This document shows positions 30,301 to 41,867 of a stretch of 64,000 nucleotides of DNA, piece by piece. The position numbers and the translations under genes are program-made. Origin of the DNA: Lytechinus pictus (lineage: Eukaryota); NCBI RefSeq assembly GCF_037042905.1, contig NC_087245.1, forward strand, positions 4,404,001 to 4,468,000, read 5' to 3'. Position 1 is the first letter of the stretch; each line of letters begins with the position of its first letter. The notes under the pieces are model-generated. The model was given only the letters and a program-made list of their open reading frames with translations. It had not been told where the DNA came from and searched no databases.

Positions 30301-33300
30301 CAGGGTTAAGAAGAAATGTAAACTTGTTACCTGTAGTATATTTGAATTTCAGTTTGAATATAGTTTACATACATGTATTTGACGAATGTACATAATACAA
30401 AAACAATATAACATCAGATGATTCAACATGATATATAAATCAGATATGGCACCATTCATCTAACTTAAATAATACAGCAATTTGAAAAGAAAAATTGAAA
30501 CATGTTGAAATAAGAGGGAGCCTGCCTAATAAGCATATTTCAGATATATACACCATATCTTATGCTATCCTTGTATTTCCTTACAGAAAATTCTGGAATG
30601 TAGACGAGACCACACTTGCTAACCCTGGAAAGGTATAGTCATTCATAGTATGATGTTTAGAATTTACTCGTTTGTGTTGCTGTTTACATGAAATATGCAT
30701 TTATTGAAGAATAGTAATATTAAATCCCTATGTTGGAATAACCACAAAAGATACAAGCAAAATGGATGCATTTTATTTACCATTTTAAAAGGATAAAACT
30801 GCACTGGGGATGAACATAGTGGTTTGCATTCAATTTAAACTCCACTACATGTACATGGTACCTCAATGTAAGGACACCTCAATGTGATGGCAGTGGATCA
30901 AACCAAGCCAATTTCATAAGCAGTATAGTTTGGGGTGCATGTATTCTGTACCCCAAAAAAATTATTCAGAGAATGATGAACACTGACACACAAGTGGTAA
31001 TTGAATTTCATGAATGTAAAATTAAAATGATTTCAATGGGGTTGCATATTCGAGTTTACATGTATATTCTTTTGGAAAGGGTAATCAGAATTGACGACTT
31101 GTATTTACCACTTTGATATCAGTCCGTTGCCCCTCTTATATCTTTAACATCAATGTTCAAACTGAGGAAACATCATTGATCAATCTTTCTCTCTAGTCAC
31201 AGGGACTTAAGTTTACTTAAAAATCAATCCCCTCGTATACAAAATGAGTAGCTTACCTTTTAGAGTGTGTTGTTAATGAAACCATTATGTGATCAAACAC
31301 AATAGGGATTTAGATCCTCATTGAGTCCTACTCAATTCAAGTGAGTAGGTCTCTATTCCTGTTTGTAATAGCATCCTGTGTCTGTTTATTTGATGTATAA
31401 TGGGACATGCATGTGATGATGAAACGAGGGAAACATGTATAACATATTGTTGCAGAACCATGCTGGGTAGTTGTGAAATTAATCTTGGTTAATATATTGA
31501 AGTGTGGAGTGTGTGTGTTTTGTTTTTTTATTTTTTTATTTGGGGGGGGGGGGGTTAAGGGGTTTAGCTTTTCACAGCTTTTTTTATAGAAAAAACAAGT
31601 TCAAGGGGTATGCTGCTGTACTTTGTCAAAAGGAAGCAAGTTACAAAATTATCATTTGTTGTAAATGAGCAATGTGTGTTCATCAATGCAATTTACCAGT
31701 ATATTTTCTTCAATATCTTTCCATTAAAAGATAATTTCTTCCCCAACTTTTGCCTGAACATGCAACATCCAAACAGTGTTTCAGAAACAACAATAACTCA
31801 ATTTCAATGATGTGTCACTTGCTTCCTTTTGCCAAAGTTTGGCAATATGGATAGTATGTAAGATCGTAAAAAAACCAAAATAGTGGCAAGAGATATATTG
31901 TGTTCCAAGGTTTGCCCAAATATCAAGGACCCTTTATCTCTCCTTCTGTATTTATTATTCTGCCATGTTTACAAAATCAAAGTTGGCTTTGCTTGTGCAC
32001 ATTGGAGTGACAATAATGTGATAGATTCAGGGGTTCAAAAGTCACTTAGGTCATTATTGGAAAATATTAGAAGTTGTGTAATATTATTTTAATTTAGTAA
32101 TGGCAAAGGCAGATTTTTGTCTACATGCAGTCAGGAAGCCATCTTGTTTTTATTGTGTATAAAATTCATTAATTGAGTACATTCATCTCTCCCCTTTCAT
32201 GGTGTCAGCTGTCAGAGACAAAGGATGCATCCTTCTTAGAAGCCATTGACAGTCTCCAGAACATCAGTACAACCTTCTGTCCTATTGATAAGCTTCATGT
32301 TATAGAAGCATCATTTGAAGGAATCAATAATGTCGTCAACTCACAACATTCTGAAGGTCATGTATGGTCTATGGATGATCTCTTCCCTGTGTTCCAGTAT
32401 GTCGTCGTCAGAGCAAGGTAATTATACCCCATGAATAATGGCTTTGGGAACAGTCTCACTCAGATAAGATGTGACAAAGCTCTGCAATAATATTCAATGT
32501 ACTCATATATGATGAGAAAAATCACACCACTTCTGTGCATTATAATGCTTCAAGTGTCTAAGAAGTTCCAAATTTGCATGGAAGAACTAGTGACGATAAT
32601 ATGATTCCATGATGTTGTTTCTTATGTAGTTGTTACGATTTCATTACTAAATCATGAGTCATTTGAATGATAATTGTATTGATGTTTTTTTTTTATTGAA
32701 CTCTGAATAGAAACTTTTGCATATACTTGTTCTCACTTGTGCTGAACTTTTTGAAGATTTGATTGGTTAGCCAATTTTACTTGTCTTGTGCCAAAATGAA
32801 TCTCTTGCCTCTTCAGCTTCATTCTTACTTCTCATATCCCATATACTATCACTGAGCTTTGTTGCCCTTGATCGAAAGAGCCTTAAGTAATAATAATAAT
32901 CATATTAGTGGTCTCACTCTAATATTTATAGATCTATTTAATACAGGGATTAATCTGCTCTTGTCAACACTGTTAATTGGGGCTGCAACATTTCATGAAG
33001 GTTCTCAGCACCAACATGTCTGTCATTCACAGTTACCATATCACAAGTCTAAGATCATCGCTTCTCAGCCATGAGTTCACTAGTGACTGTCTGTGAATGC
33101 AAGCTTGTCAGTGCTAACAGCCTTTTTGTAGCAATGTCCTGCTGATTACTAGATTCTGCTAGCTGAGCTTTGAAAGTTTGCATTTTAATTAGCTGTCTTC
33201 CATTTTCTTTGCAAAAATATTAAAACCCATTTCTCTTTTGTTTATTCAGGATCCCTCATCTAGGTTCTGAGATCCAGTTTATTGATGATATGATGGACCC

Positions 33301-33391
33301 TAACCTGACCCATGGCAAGCTAGGTATCATGTTTACTACACTCAAGGCTTGTTATATGCATACTAAGAATGACAATCTCAAGGCATTATAG
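1..33391 (+). CDS. ALS2: Alsin (ALS2) orthologue, Rab5/Rac GEF; 5'-partial, 25 coding exons in window
   Basis: Manual splicing of 25 GT-AG exons with consistent phases gives 3840 nt ending in TAG at 33389-33391. Domain order is RCC1 repeats ([26 protein letters not shown]), DH, PH, MORN repeats ([14 protein letters not shown]) and VPS9 ([16 protein letters not shown]), the alsin architecture. Confidence 0.95.
2332..2490. mobile_element. MITE, PIF/Harbinger-like
   Basis: Terminal inverted repeats ggggagcattacat / atgaaacgctcccc. Confidence 0.6.
5944..6112 (+). CDS. ALS2: ALS2 exon (RCC1 repeat)
   Basis: tttcag| [46 protein letters not shown]...RLK |gtaagg. Confidence 0.95.
6557..7641. mobile_element. 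Kolobok-like MITE (long TIRs), interrupted
   Basis: Inverted arms caagtccaccc...gaaaatttcatcaaaatc / gattttgatgaaattttc...gggatggacttg. Confidence 0.6.
7021..7518. mobile_element. piggyBac-like non-autonomous insertion
   Basis: Bounded by TTAA-CC(T)T ... AAGGG-TTAA; interrupts the right arm of the host MITE. Confidence 0.45.
8903..9505. mobile_element. Kolobok-like MITE
   Basis: TTAA flanks and TIR aggggaatcca / tggattcccct. Confidence 0.75.
9648..9835 (+). mobile_element. 5'-truncated SINE with Deu-domain-like sequence
   Basis: cacgttaagaacccactgcactattcg..aagagtagggg..ccccggtgt resembles the DeuSINE central domain (recognised from memory); (TAA)n tail. Confidence 0.6.
9967..10079 (+). 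CDS. ALS2: ALS2 exon (RCC1 repeat)
   Basis: ttttag| [37 protein letters not shown] |gtac. Confidence 0.92.
10829..10997 (+). CDS. ALS2: ALS2 exon (Ser/Pro/Lys-rich linker)
   Basis: ggtag| [16 protein letters not shown]...EKLTFLKK |gtaaa; phases 2/0 fit both neighbours. Confidence 0.88.
12520..12691 (+). CDS. ALS2: ALS2 exon (end of RLD / start of DH)
   Basis: tttcag| [20 protein letters not shown]...[14 protein letters not shown]...QSS |gtaagg. Confidence 0.92.
12736..12900. mobile_element. Harbinger-like MITE nested in another MITE fragment
   Basis: TIR gtgtttcataaagctgttcg / cgaacagctttatgaaacac. Confidence 0.65.
13480..13735 (+). CDS. ALS2: ALS2 exon (DH domain)
   Basis: ttacag| [14 protein letters not shown]...[24 protein letters not shown] |gtatg. 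Confidence 0.92.
14360..14519 (+). CDS. ALS2: ALS2 exon (DH domain)
   Basis: ttctag| DALAKHDG...[23 protein letters not shown] |gtatg. Confidence 0.92.
14907..15038 (+). CDS. ALS2: ALS2 exon (DH-PH junction)
   Basis: tatcag| [20 protein letters not shown]...[13 protein letters not shown] |gtacg. Confidence 0.92.
15613..15812. mobile_element. MITE with 4-bp AAAT TSD (Sola-like)
   Basis: TIR gggcaattccataaaata / tattttatggaaatgccc; AAAT on both flanks. Confidence 0.65.
15846..15974 (+). CDS. ALS2: ALS2 exon (PH domain)
   Basis: actcag| [15 protein letters not shown]...[14 protein letters not shown] |gtgagt. Confidence 0.93.
16433..17440 (+). mobile_element. Helentron/DINE-1-like non-autonomous element with internal tandem array
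   Basis: T-rich ends, subterminal IR tgtctcgcctgc / gcaggcgagaca, 5' hairpin, (GGCGTC)n, 3' hairpin aacgcttggcgtt. Confidence 0.8.
16507..17352 (+). repeat. Tandem array, about 5.5 copies of a 154-bp unit
   Basis: The motif AGGTCAAAGGTCA recurs at 16781, 16935, 17089 and 17243 (154-bp period). Confidence 0.95.
18545..18703. mobile_element. MITE (Harbinger-like)
   Basis: Inverted arms tgcataagagttactattatggtaacttt / aaagttaccataataataacatttatgca. Confidence 0.55.
19640..19710 (+). CDS. ALS2: ALS2 exon (PH domain)
   Basis: tttcag| [23 protein letters not shown] |gtgagt. Confidence 0.92.
20422..20593 (+). CDS. ALS2: ALS2 exon (PH domain C-terminus)
   Basis: cccag| [33 protein letters not shown]...FQK |gtaag. 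Confidence 0.93.
20677..21250. mobile_element. Kolobok-like MITE
   Basis: TTAA flank; TIR aagggatggtccgggct / agcccggaccatccctt with long inverted arms. Confidence 0.8.
21506..21860 (-). mobile_element. tRNA-derived SINE (family A)
   Basis: A-box/B-box head (gttcgaatcc), core acccaggtgctaaatgggtacccgg, (TAT)n tail; head and core closely match the 52147 copy. Confidence 0.85.
22038..22144 (+). CDS. ALS2: ALS2 exon (first MORN repeat)
   Basis: ttcag| [13 protein letters not shown]...[15 protein letters not shown] |gtaagt. Confidence 0.92.
22555..22620 (+). CDS. ALS2: ALS2 exon (MORN)
   Basis: tccag| [21 protein letters not shown] |gtaagt. Confidence 0.93.
23274..23372 (+). CDS. ALS2: ALS2 exon (MORN)
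   Basis: tccag| HGVLTVPG...[16 protein letters not shown] |gtata. Confidence 0.93.
24141..24411 (+). CDS. ALS2: ALS2 exon (MORN repeats)
   Basis: tgaag| [20 protein letters not shown]...[12 protein letters not shown] |gtgagt. Confidence 0.95.
24727..24804 (+). CDS. ALS2: ALS2 exon (MORN)
   Basis: aacag| [26 protein letters not shown] |gtaat. Confidence 0.93.
25142..25266 (+). CDS. ALS2: ALS2 exon (last MORN)
   Basis: tttag| [32 protein letters not shown]... |gtaagt. Confidence 0.93.
25754..25924 (+). CDS. ALS2: ALS2 exon
   Basis: atcag| [20 protein letters not shown]...[10 protein letters not shown]...KE |gtaagt. Confidence 0.93.
26685..26790 (+). CDS. ALS2: ALS2 exon
   Basis: attag| [14 protein letters not shown]...[10 protein letters not shown] |gtata. 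Confidence 0.9.
26898..27098 (+). mobile_element. tRNA-derived SINE, degenerate (separate family)
   Basis: agttcagttggt A-box-like, gagttcgattt B-box-like, A-rich end. Confidence 0.55.
27717..27874 (+). CDS. ALS2: ALS2 exon
   Basis: gacag| [30 protein letters not shown]...LYNLL |gtcagt. Confidence 0.94.
28271..28556 (-). mobile_element. tRNA-derived SINE (family B)
   Basis: Head tggcccagtgg...gggtttgaatccc; core acccaggtgaggtgaatgggtacccggcagg. Confidence 0.85.
28939..29100 (+). CDS. ALS2: ALS2 exon (VLFPDLP plus low-complexity insert)
   Basis: tacag| [11 protein letters not shown]...[13 protein letters not shown]...KDKDD |gtaagt. Confidence 0.9.
29635..29814 (+). CDS. ALS2: ALS2 exon (pre-VPS9 helical region)
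   Basis: ttcag| [26 protein letters not shown]...LMAYLGVD |gtaagt. Confidence 0.94.
30587..30632 (+). CDS. ALS2: ALS2 small exon
   Basis: tacag| [15 protein letters not shown] |gtata; required for phase continuity. Confidence 0.9.
32209..32417 (+). CDS. ALS2: ALS2 exon (VPS9 domain)
   Basis: gtcag| [29 protein letters not shown]...[17 protein letters not shown] |gtaat. Confidence 0.95.
33250..33391 (+). CDS. ALS2: ALS2 terminal coding exon (VPS9 C-terminus, stop)
   Basis: ttcag| [35 protein letters not shown]...KAL* (TAG). Confidence 0.95.
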
Positions 33392-36300
33392 ATTGGCATC
33401 CAACCTCTCTCAAGATCAGCCATTATTAGCTTTCTTCAGGTGGACATAATCATGGAGGATTCCTTATCATTGAGGATTGCATGAACTGCTAAATGATGAT
33501 CCTTCAAACGGTGTTTGAAGGACAGTCCAAATCATTGATTAGATGGCAATTCATGCATGTCCATTTGTAAAGTTAGTCATGGGAAAGACGTTGCTATAAT
33601 CTTTCAAGTATCTCTGATTATTTATTCAGCATGACTCTAATATATGGATGGCAAATACTGGTGAATCTTCAGGTCTACTTTTGACTAATATAAACTTAAA
33701 GACAGCTATTAAACTATGAAATCTATCCACCTGGCACTAAGATAATAGGAAGTGTTCCAAATAATACTTAGTCAGATTGTGAAACTAGATACGGCATACA
33801 TTCAGTAATGTCCATTTCTAGATGTTCATTCATAGTATGCCGCCATTGTCTGTAAAGTCAGATTAAGCCAACCTATATATTAGCATACACTCATAGGTAC
33901 TCCTTCATCGTACAGCTGCCATTCTTACAGTTCTGCTCTTGTCAAGTCCTAAAGGTATTGGTAATTGAAATGAATACCTCTTTAGGAAACTAATGAGAGG
34001 AAAAGAAAGAAAATAGGAGATTATAGGATTGGATTTATTCAGTGATTAATGGATCAAATTTTGGGGAAAGAATGTCGGAATAACTAGTGAGAACTTGGGT
34101 GTGTGTGTGCTTGTGTGGGAGAGAGAAAGTGAAGGGGGGGGGGGCAATATAAAGTTGAATGAAAGGATATATAATTGAACCAAAGAGTAGTTGAAATAAA
34201 GGGAAAGAAATTAGTGTCAAAGATATGTGTAATTCCTTTTTCTTTGTATGACATGTCATGGATAGTGGACTTGGAAATATTTTCGTGACTACATGTAGAC
34301 CCTAAATGAATCATAGCATTTTAAACTTATATTAGTACTGAGTACAATTCTGATAAGATACTACAATCACATAAGGGCTATCACATTGTTGTCTCTATGT
34401 CAAAATTGGATGGTGTGAAGGAAAAGTGCTCTGACGAAATTCAAACCAAAATTTGTGGCTAAATGTGACTTGTTATTGCTTTGGCTAGTCAGTCTGCTCC
34501 TCTATAATAGGTCCATTTATATATCACAGCTCTTCATACTCTATTGAGTTTATGTATCAAATTGATAATGAAGTGCTACATAGATAAAGAAGATAGTTGG
34601 TTTTATGTTATTGAGTTTGATAGGATCGATTACAGCACTTTGTAAGACTGGGCCCAGGAGAGTATTTCCTGTCTGAGAAGTTGTCAGACCTAACAAATAT
34701 CCTTTGTTTTGATTGGTTGAGAACTGAGAAGCATAATATCCTATGGTAACTGTTGGATTAAGCATACAATGTCTCATAAAGCACTATCAAGTCCTGCCAT
34801 GAAATGTAACCCAAGAGATCACAGATTTTCTGGTAGATTGTATACAGTGATGTATGTGTTAATTTTGAAGCTTGATATTTAAACTAATACCCAAAAGACA
34901 TGCTCTCACTGTACACAAATCATATCATTTCTAATAGACAGGTCTTGACATCTATGGTTAATGTGAAATTATATGCAGAAATGATTTTGTCATCTGATTT
35001 CTTGGTAATTATGTGCCTTTGTAACTTTGGCATCACAATGGAAAAAATTGAATTTTAATCCACTATTTAATAATCATTGGATATTTCTGCTAATTGCTAT
35101 ATCTAGAGATCATAGTTATTTTTTGTATTTCATTTAATAAGGGGTCATAATGTAGAATATGCAGTATGTTTAGAATGTGTTTATTATTTACCGATATACC
35201 TTTTCCTCAACTCTCATGAAATGAGAAGTGTCTGTTTTACGCACATATGTCTTGGCATTCATCACATTTTTACATATTGTATACATGAATGTTCATTTTT
35301 ATCTCTGATATTTTATCATTTTATTTGTAATTGACTTACTGCATGATGTATTTGAGTATAATTCATTGCATATATGTGTAAATGTCTATTTCCATGCTTG
35401 TAAATTGTGTATATAGCTATTTATCTCTTCAACAAAAAATGTGAAAAATCTGTAATTGTATGTAGAATGTAATGAGCATGTAGAAGGTGTTATATGAAAT
35501 TAGTACTGTGTGTGGCATGTAGTTAAAAACAATCTTGATGTTTTAAAAAATAATATTCATTGACAATCGATAAATGAAAAGTCAGGTAGAAATGGCCAAT
35601 CTACATAACATTAATGAAGATAATATATCTTACATGTTTCTGAAATCCTATTCCGAGTATATCCAGTACAAATGGAAGTGAAATATAAGGTGTTTTTACT
35701 GTACATATCGCTACTTTTTTGCGTTAAATTAAAGACTACTTCAAAAGCTCTTAAATGCACTCATGATTGAGGTTTGTGATGAGATAATAATTTGTATTGA
35801 AATGGGTTTCATTGTTGTCTATCTTATTTATATCAAGGATGAAATCAATTATGTTGTTCAAGGACTCCATTCTTCACAGTTAATTGGAATTTCTTTCATG
35901 TCCACTGGTTTGTATCTTATTTATGTCAATGGTAAGATAAATTATGTTGCTCTCCAGTTAATTGGAATTTCTTGTAAACTGATAAAGAGAGCCTTGGTTT
36001 TAACTTTTGTTAGTGAGGTTTTTTTTCTGAATATTTGTTTTCTACATGTGTAAAGTTAAAATAGTCCCATGGCTCACTGATTGATTTGGGCATGTATACT
36101 TAAACATCAATGTGTATACTGTGTTTGACTTATAATCAACTATCTGATAAGTAGGGATATATTGAACATACATGGGATAATGGCCCCAACTTGTTATTTT
36201 TGTGAGAAATAATCCAAACCTAAATATTGCAAAATTCTATTTGTTAATCAATACAAACATCCCTTTTATCAATTACATATTCCCATGCGGCGATTATTTG

Positions 36301-36561
36301 ATATTTGATTTGTATATAAAAATGATGTCCCAAACAGTCCAACCAAACACCTGAAGTTTCCAGATAGTATTTAACAAGGTATTCATGTAATGTTTCCGAT
36401 TTACATGTAAATGTATTTGTCAATCTAAATATGAATGACAAGGTTGATGTTATTCATATTTTATATTTCAAAAACTTGCACTGTAAGTAATTACGGTGCC
36501 AAGCTAAAGCTGGGGTAATAATATCCAAGTCCTTTGTAAGCACAGAGAGACGTTATAATCA

Positions 36562-36824
36562 TGATAATAATATAGGATTTGTATAGCGCAGGTATCCACC
36601 TTGCTAGGTATCCACCTTACCCCGGCTAAGCTAGTCTACCGATTCCAGTGCGCACAACTTTTTGAGGAATTACTTCCTGCCGGTACCCATTTACCTCACC
36701 TGGGTTGAGTGCAGCACAATGTGGGTAATTTCTTGCAGAAGGTAAACACGCCATGGCTTGGAATGGAACCAACGTCCTTCAGATTGAAAGACAAGTGTCT
36801 TAACCACTAGACCAAGACGCCCCC
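36562..36824 (-). mobile_element. tRNA-derived SINE (family B) inserted into an older SINE tail
   Basis: Same head and core as the 28271 and 47194 copies; flanked by + strand SINE-tail sequence at 36500-36560 and 36830-36890. Confidence 0.75.
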
Positions 36825-38848
36825 ACACAAATGTGCTATAATGTGCTATGCACTATACATGAACTGTTTATAATTATTGTTATTACAGTATTATTCCCCC
36901 TCCCCCCCCAAAAAAAAAAATAATAATAAAATAGGCCAAGCCAGCCACTGGAGATCCAATGGGGGTGAGTGAATGCATGAGGCACTATTCAATTTTTTTT
37001 AAATATGTATTTATTGTTTTATTAATGTAGTGTGCAATTACTTCTGTATGTCGCTCAAATGCAGTTGTGCTGGTTCTCTAAAGATGCAATCAGATTATAT
37101 ACAGATGAAATTCAAATTAGATAGTTTCAAATATTGACAAGATCGTACATTTCTTCTACAGAATAACCCCAAATTAAAATGAAAATATTATTTATTGGTC
37201 ACATTTATAATTTTCTTTGAAATATTGTTTTTATTTTTGCAGAACTTGCTCAACAGGTCCATTCTCGTTAGACAAAAGTTTTGATTATAATTGAAAGCAC
37301 GATTATGCTATTGCAAAACCTTTTCAATATTCAGAAAGAAAGTCAAGGATGTAGTGAAAATATTCACAATATAATTTTTTTTTTTTTTTTTAAGTCAATC
37401 GTTCTTTCCTACAGACTCATGTTTGCAGGTGGTCCTATTACAGTTGAATATATGTTTCAAAATATTTTATTTTCCCCATCATTAAATTTGGTTTCTGATT
37501 TGTTATTTATTTTTTCCTCTTGGTTTGTATATTCTCTCAGTTGATGGATATAATATCCATCAATTCAGAGGAAAACGTTAGTTATGCTGTCATTTACTTG
37601 AAGAAAGAGTTTGATAATAATTTAATATACTGCTTTGGGATAACAAAAGGATCATTAGTTTCCATGTAAAGAAACAGACAATCCAAAAGTTGTAATTAAT
37701 TAATCTACTTAAAAGGTTGATAATTGATATTATTTAGTAATGTCTCTTTGTTCCTAAATGTGTGCATCTGAAATTCTATAATGTTATGATGTACCATTGC
37801 TAAATGGAATATTAAACATTCCTCATTGTCAATGTAATTCCTTGTAAATATAATTTTCATTACATTTCAGGTTCTCTAATTGTATAATATGAATATGCAG
37901 TCCACGATTGTGCAATATGTATTCCTACATAATCTACAACGAATTCATATTTTATTGTATTTTATTTTTGAAGTATATTATAATATATGGAGTTACTTAA
38001 TGTTTTCAATAGTTTAGTTTCTATAGTTTATATATCTTGGGTCCTTTAAAAAAAAAGTTTTGTGTGTATGGGTGTTTCATTTTGGATTTCTCTTAATTGT
38101 GATTTTATGTTAACCTATTAATATCAACTTAAACCACATCGACCTTGTATTAATGAAAAGTATTACATGTATACTCAAATGACAGCTATATATTGAATTT
38201 ATATGTTTGCTGAACTAATTCAATGGTTAATTCACATGAAATCATTTATCTTTGCATTGCAATAATTTAATGACATGAATTCTATGTAGTACTTTGAGCT
38301 AGCCTGATTAAGATATACAAATATTAATATATTGAAATAATATGGAAATATCGTATAACAGTGCAATATACTGTGAGAAGTACATACATGTTACATTGGT
38401 GTAAGTACCGGTACTTATTGGCTCATGTGATAAACAATTAAAATATCTTTTGCCTCTCATTTTTATCACCTTTTATCTCTCTTTGTATCACGTGTTATAC
38501 CTACATGAAATACTTTGCATGCAGCACGAAGTTCTTTCTAAATTTTCTAATAGATTAAAGGAGGTATCCAATGTTGAAAAAGCGTTTTATTAATTAAAAT
38601 ATCATATTTTCTGCTCACAAAATGATCTACCTAAATGCCAAGCAATAACCAAAAACAAACTTAATGTACTTCTATGATGTTTGTGGTTTAACATATAACA
38701 CTATTGTGATTACTTTATCACACAATTTAGCAACAAAAAAGTTTCATTAGGCATATACAATGCACATCAATTTTAATAATGTACACAACTAGGTAACCAC
38801 TCGTAATTAAATCCTGGGATACAGTGGAATGGGAGATAAGTTTTCTGC

Positions 38849-38938
38849 AATCAATAGGAGAGAAAGTTTAATCCGATTACACTTTTCCAAAGTAATCAAT
38901 AGGAGAGAAAGTTTAATCCGATTACACTTTTCCAAAGT
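38849..38938. repeat. Perfect 45-bp tandem duplication
   Basis: aatcaataggagagaaagtttaatccgattacacttttccaaagt x2. Confidence 0.95.
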
Positions 38939-40794
38939 AAGAAGAGAGAATAAGAAAATGAAGACAGTTTACATTCACCAAATCAATAATCTCTAGGCCT
39001 CCGAATCTGCAGAATATGATTTCATATACAAACCAGTGAATTTGTGTTGTTGGCATTCCCAATGCCTAAATACTGCCCATTTAAGGTGAAAAGTCACTTA
39101 TACATAAACATTGTTTCGATCCGTAAAAAAAATTATTTCTTGATTTAATCTGTACACACGTATCACAGGGTGTTAAATTTGACTGTCAATTCCAATAAAG
39201 AAATTAGGCGAAACATTTGACGGATGCAATATTATATCAAGCATCAATCTTTTTGAGCAAACAAAGGATCAAGCTCGTGCTTAAAATGAATGACTACGAT
39301 TATAATTTCTGCAAAATAAATGTTTGACAAGAAAATGACAATTTCAGACGATTCTCAATTTATTATCCAAATTTACAAAGCTAGTAATATCGATTGACTG
39401 TCCGTGCTTGATCTATTTAAAAAATAAAGTAAGAAGGAGAAGAAGAAGAAGTAAAAGAACTAGAACTGCAATCGTATCAGAACGATGTGCATGCATTGAC
39501 GCATGTCTACCAAATCGGAATGAATTTGGATGAGGAACGGAGGCAGGGAAAGACTAACAAAAATTACATTTTAATCAAATTAGATTTTGCCTTCCATAGG
39601 AAGTTACATTCTCGAGTCGAACAGATTTCGTCCATTTTTAGACCATATGGTCGCTCAACAGAGAGAGAGAGAGAGAGAGAGAAAGACACAGAGAGTGATA
39701 GGAATAAGCATACAAATTTCCCTGACAATTAATTAACGTAACTCAGTACAGTGTAAACATATCAGAACGATGTGCATGCATAATACATTAAGTTCGTTTT
39801 TGCGTGAAACCGATACCATAGACATTGTGTACAATTCTGTTGTTGATAATGTGTGCATTGTTGTGAGTAGTATACCATGTAACACAATCAAAACGTAATT
39901 GCAATAGGCCAGTTATTGTTTAATATGTTTGGTTTTAGTACTCACAATTATTTTGCAAACGTTTTTACATGATAAGTTTATTAAGTTTGCATGTATCTCT
40001 TTCAGGATATTGTTATCGATTGGTTTCAACAACAATCAGTTGTAGAAAAATAATATTCTTTGTATATTATAAGCAAACTATAATACCCCCTCCCGCTCCT
40101 CGTTCTTCCTCTCTTTTTTTCTATCCTTGATTTGGTCACATAATATTGGTCCAATCATAGGATCACAAACACCAGCCATATATCAACAGAATATTTCAGC
40201 CGGTTTGCCGATCAGCATAGTATTTCAGCCGGGGTGAATTAAGTCTAGTTTTTCCAAGAAAATCAAAGTGAAAATCTTCTGTTTCGTCAAACACGCATTG
40301 AAATTTGTTTATCATGTTTGCAAGGCAATATTGTAAACATAATTTCCCCATTAGGCCTCCTGTACATTGCAAAATTGTACGACTGCAAGCGCGCATTTGA
40401 TATGCAAATTTTGCTGTCAACAAACTTTTCTACATTGATTTGCACGTAAGAAAGTAATCGATATGATCGGATGGTTGCCAACATTGGAAATCTAAATCAT
40501 AAACTTATAGATTGATTAGCTGGATCAAACATTTTCAAATATTATCAATAAAAATTCATTTTATGACTCACGAGTTATTGTGATGAATCATGACGGTTAC
40601 ATCGACGTTTAAAACCATGGGGAAAAGGAGTTATGCCCTATTCTATATGACTTATATGTGTAGATCTATATGGAAAATAAATTATAACAATTATAAAAAA
40701 AAAAATGAAGAAATAAATTATCAGCATCATAGTTATTATGAAACTACTTGAAAAAATGCAATTGTGTTTTCTGTCAATACATTGTGTCTCAGAT

Positions 40795-40963
40795 CAGGGG
40801 CGGATCCAGAATTTTCCAAAAGGGGAGTTCCCCGAGGAAAAATTTGACAAGAAAAAAAAGTAATTGTTTTCAAGGGGTGGGGGCAATTGTGTTTTAACGG
40901 CATTTTTACATTACAAATTTTAATTGTGCCTCTCGAAAATGGGGGGGGGGGGGTCTGCCAGTG
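40795..40963. mobile_element. hAT-like MITE
   Basis: caggggcggatcc...tctgccagtg with perfect 8-bp TSD tctcagat. Confidence 0.8.
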
Positions 40964-41449
40964 TCTCAGATACATTAGACAATGTGATAGGGCCTGTAGG
41001 CCAAGTTAACTTTCTTGACTAAATTTCTGAGGTCAACTTGAACACCAGATCATATCAAACCATGTTAAATTGGCAGGACCTAGAACAATATGCCTAGGCC
41101 TACATATTATTTTTATTATTGATCCCTTCCAAATCATTAGAAAATAAGTCATATTAATGTATCGAAATGTTATGACCAAAGCAAAAACGATTGGGGATGT
41201 ATCATTGGCCTGTATATTATGCGCTATATTGATATTCCTATATATTCATTTTGTTCTCAGTTAGATTTTTGTATAATTTAAACTTTAATTCAGTACATTA
41301 ATGTTAACTTTTCCATTTGCTTTCGCGCTCATATGTCATCATTTTGTTCCGTTTCTGTGCTATCGAATGGAGAGCGACTCTTTTACTATCTGTAGCAAGT
41401 ATGTAGCATGCAGGACAACGGAGGTATGAAAGAATAAAGTATGGTATGC

Positions 41450-41720
41450 AAATGGACTTGAAATGGACAAAATGGCGCCTGCACGGTCATGCATGAGCGA
41501 TTTTGGAAAATGAAATAGGAGGTGCACAAGTAGAGGTGCTGGGGACTATGCCTGCCAAATTTGGATGAATTTGGATGAGGAAGGTGGCCTGGGCAGAGTT
41601 AACAAACTCTATGTGTTAAGTGAATGGGTTTTTTGGCGGAAGACGAAGAAGAAGAAGATTGCGGAATAGGAATACGGAACAACAACAATGCATTGTCGCC
41701 ATTGATAGCGTCAATGCAAT
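41450..41720 (-). mobile_element. Helentron/DINE-like fragment
   Basis: GAA microsatellite and terminal hairpin aatgcattg...caatgcaat; shares gaatttggatgagga with 39460-39540. Confidence 0.4.
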
Positions 41721-41867
41721 GAGAAAAGAAAATGGAAGACCACTATATTGGGTGTAAGGTACAAAATGATAACAACTTGGTGATGATGATAGTGATTACA
41801 TTCTCATTGCTGCTGCTGAGGCAGATGACGATGGATAATTCCCGCTGAGATGATGATAATGCAACCA

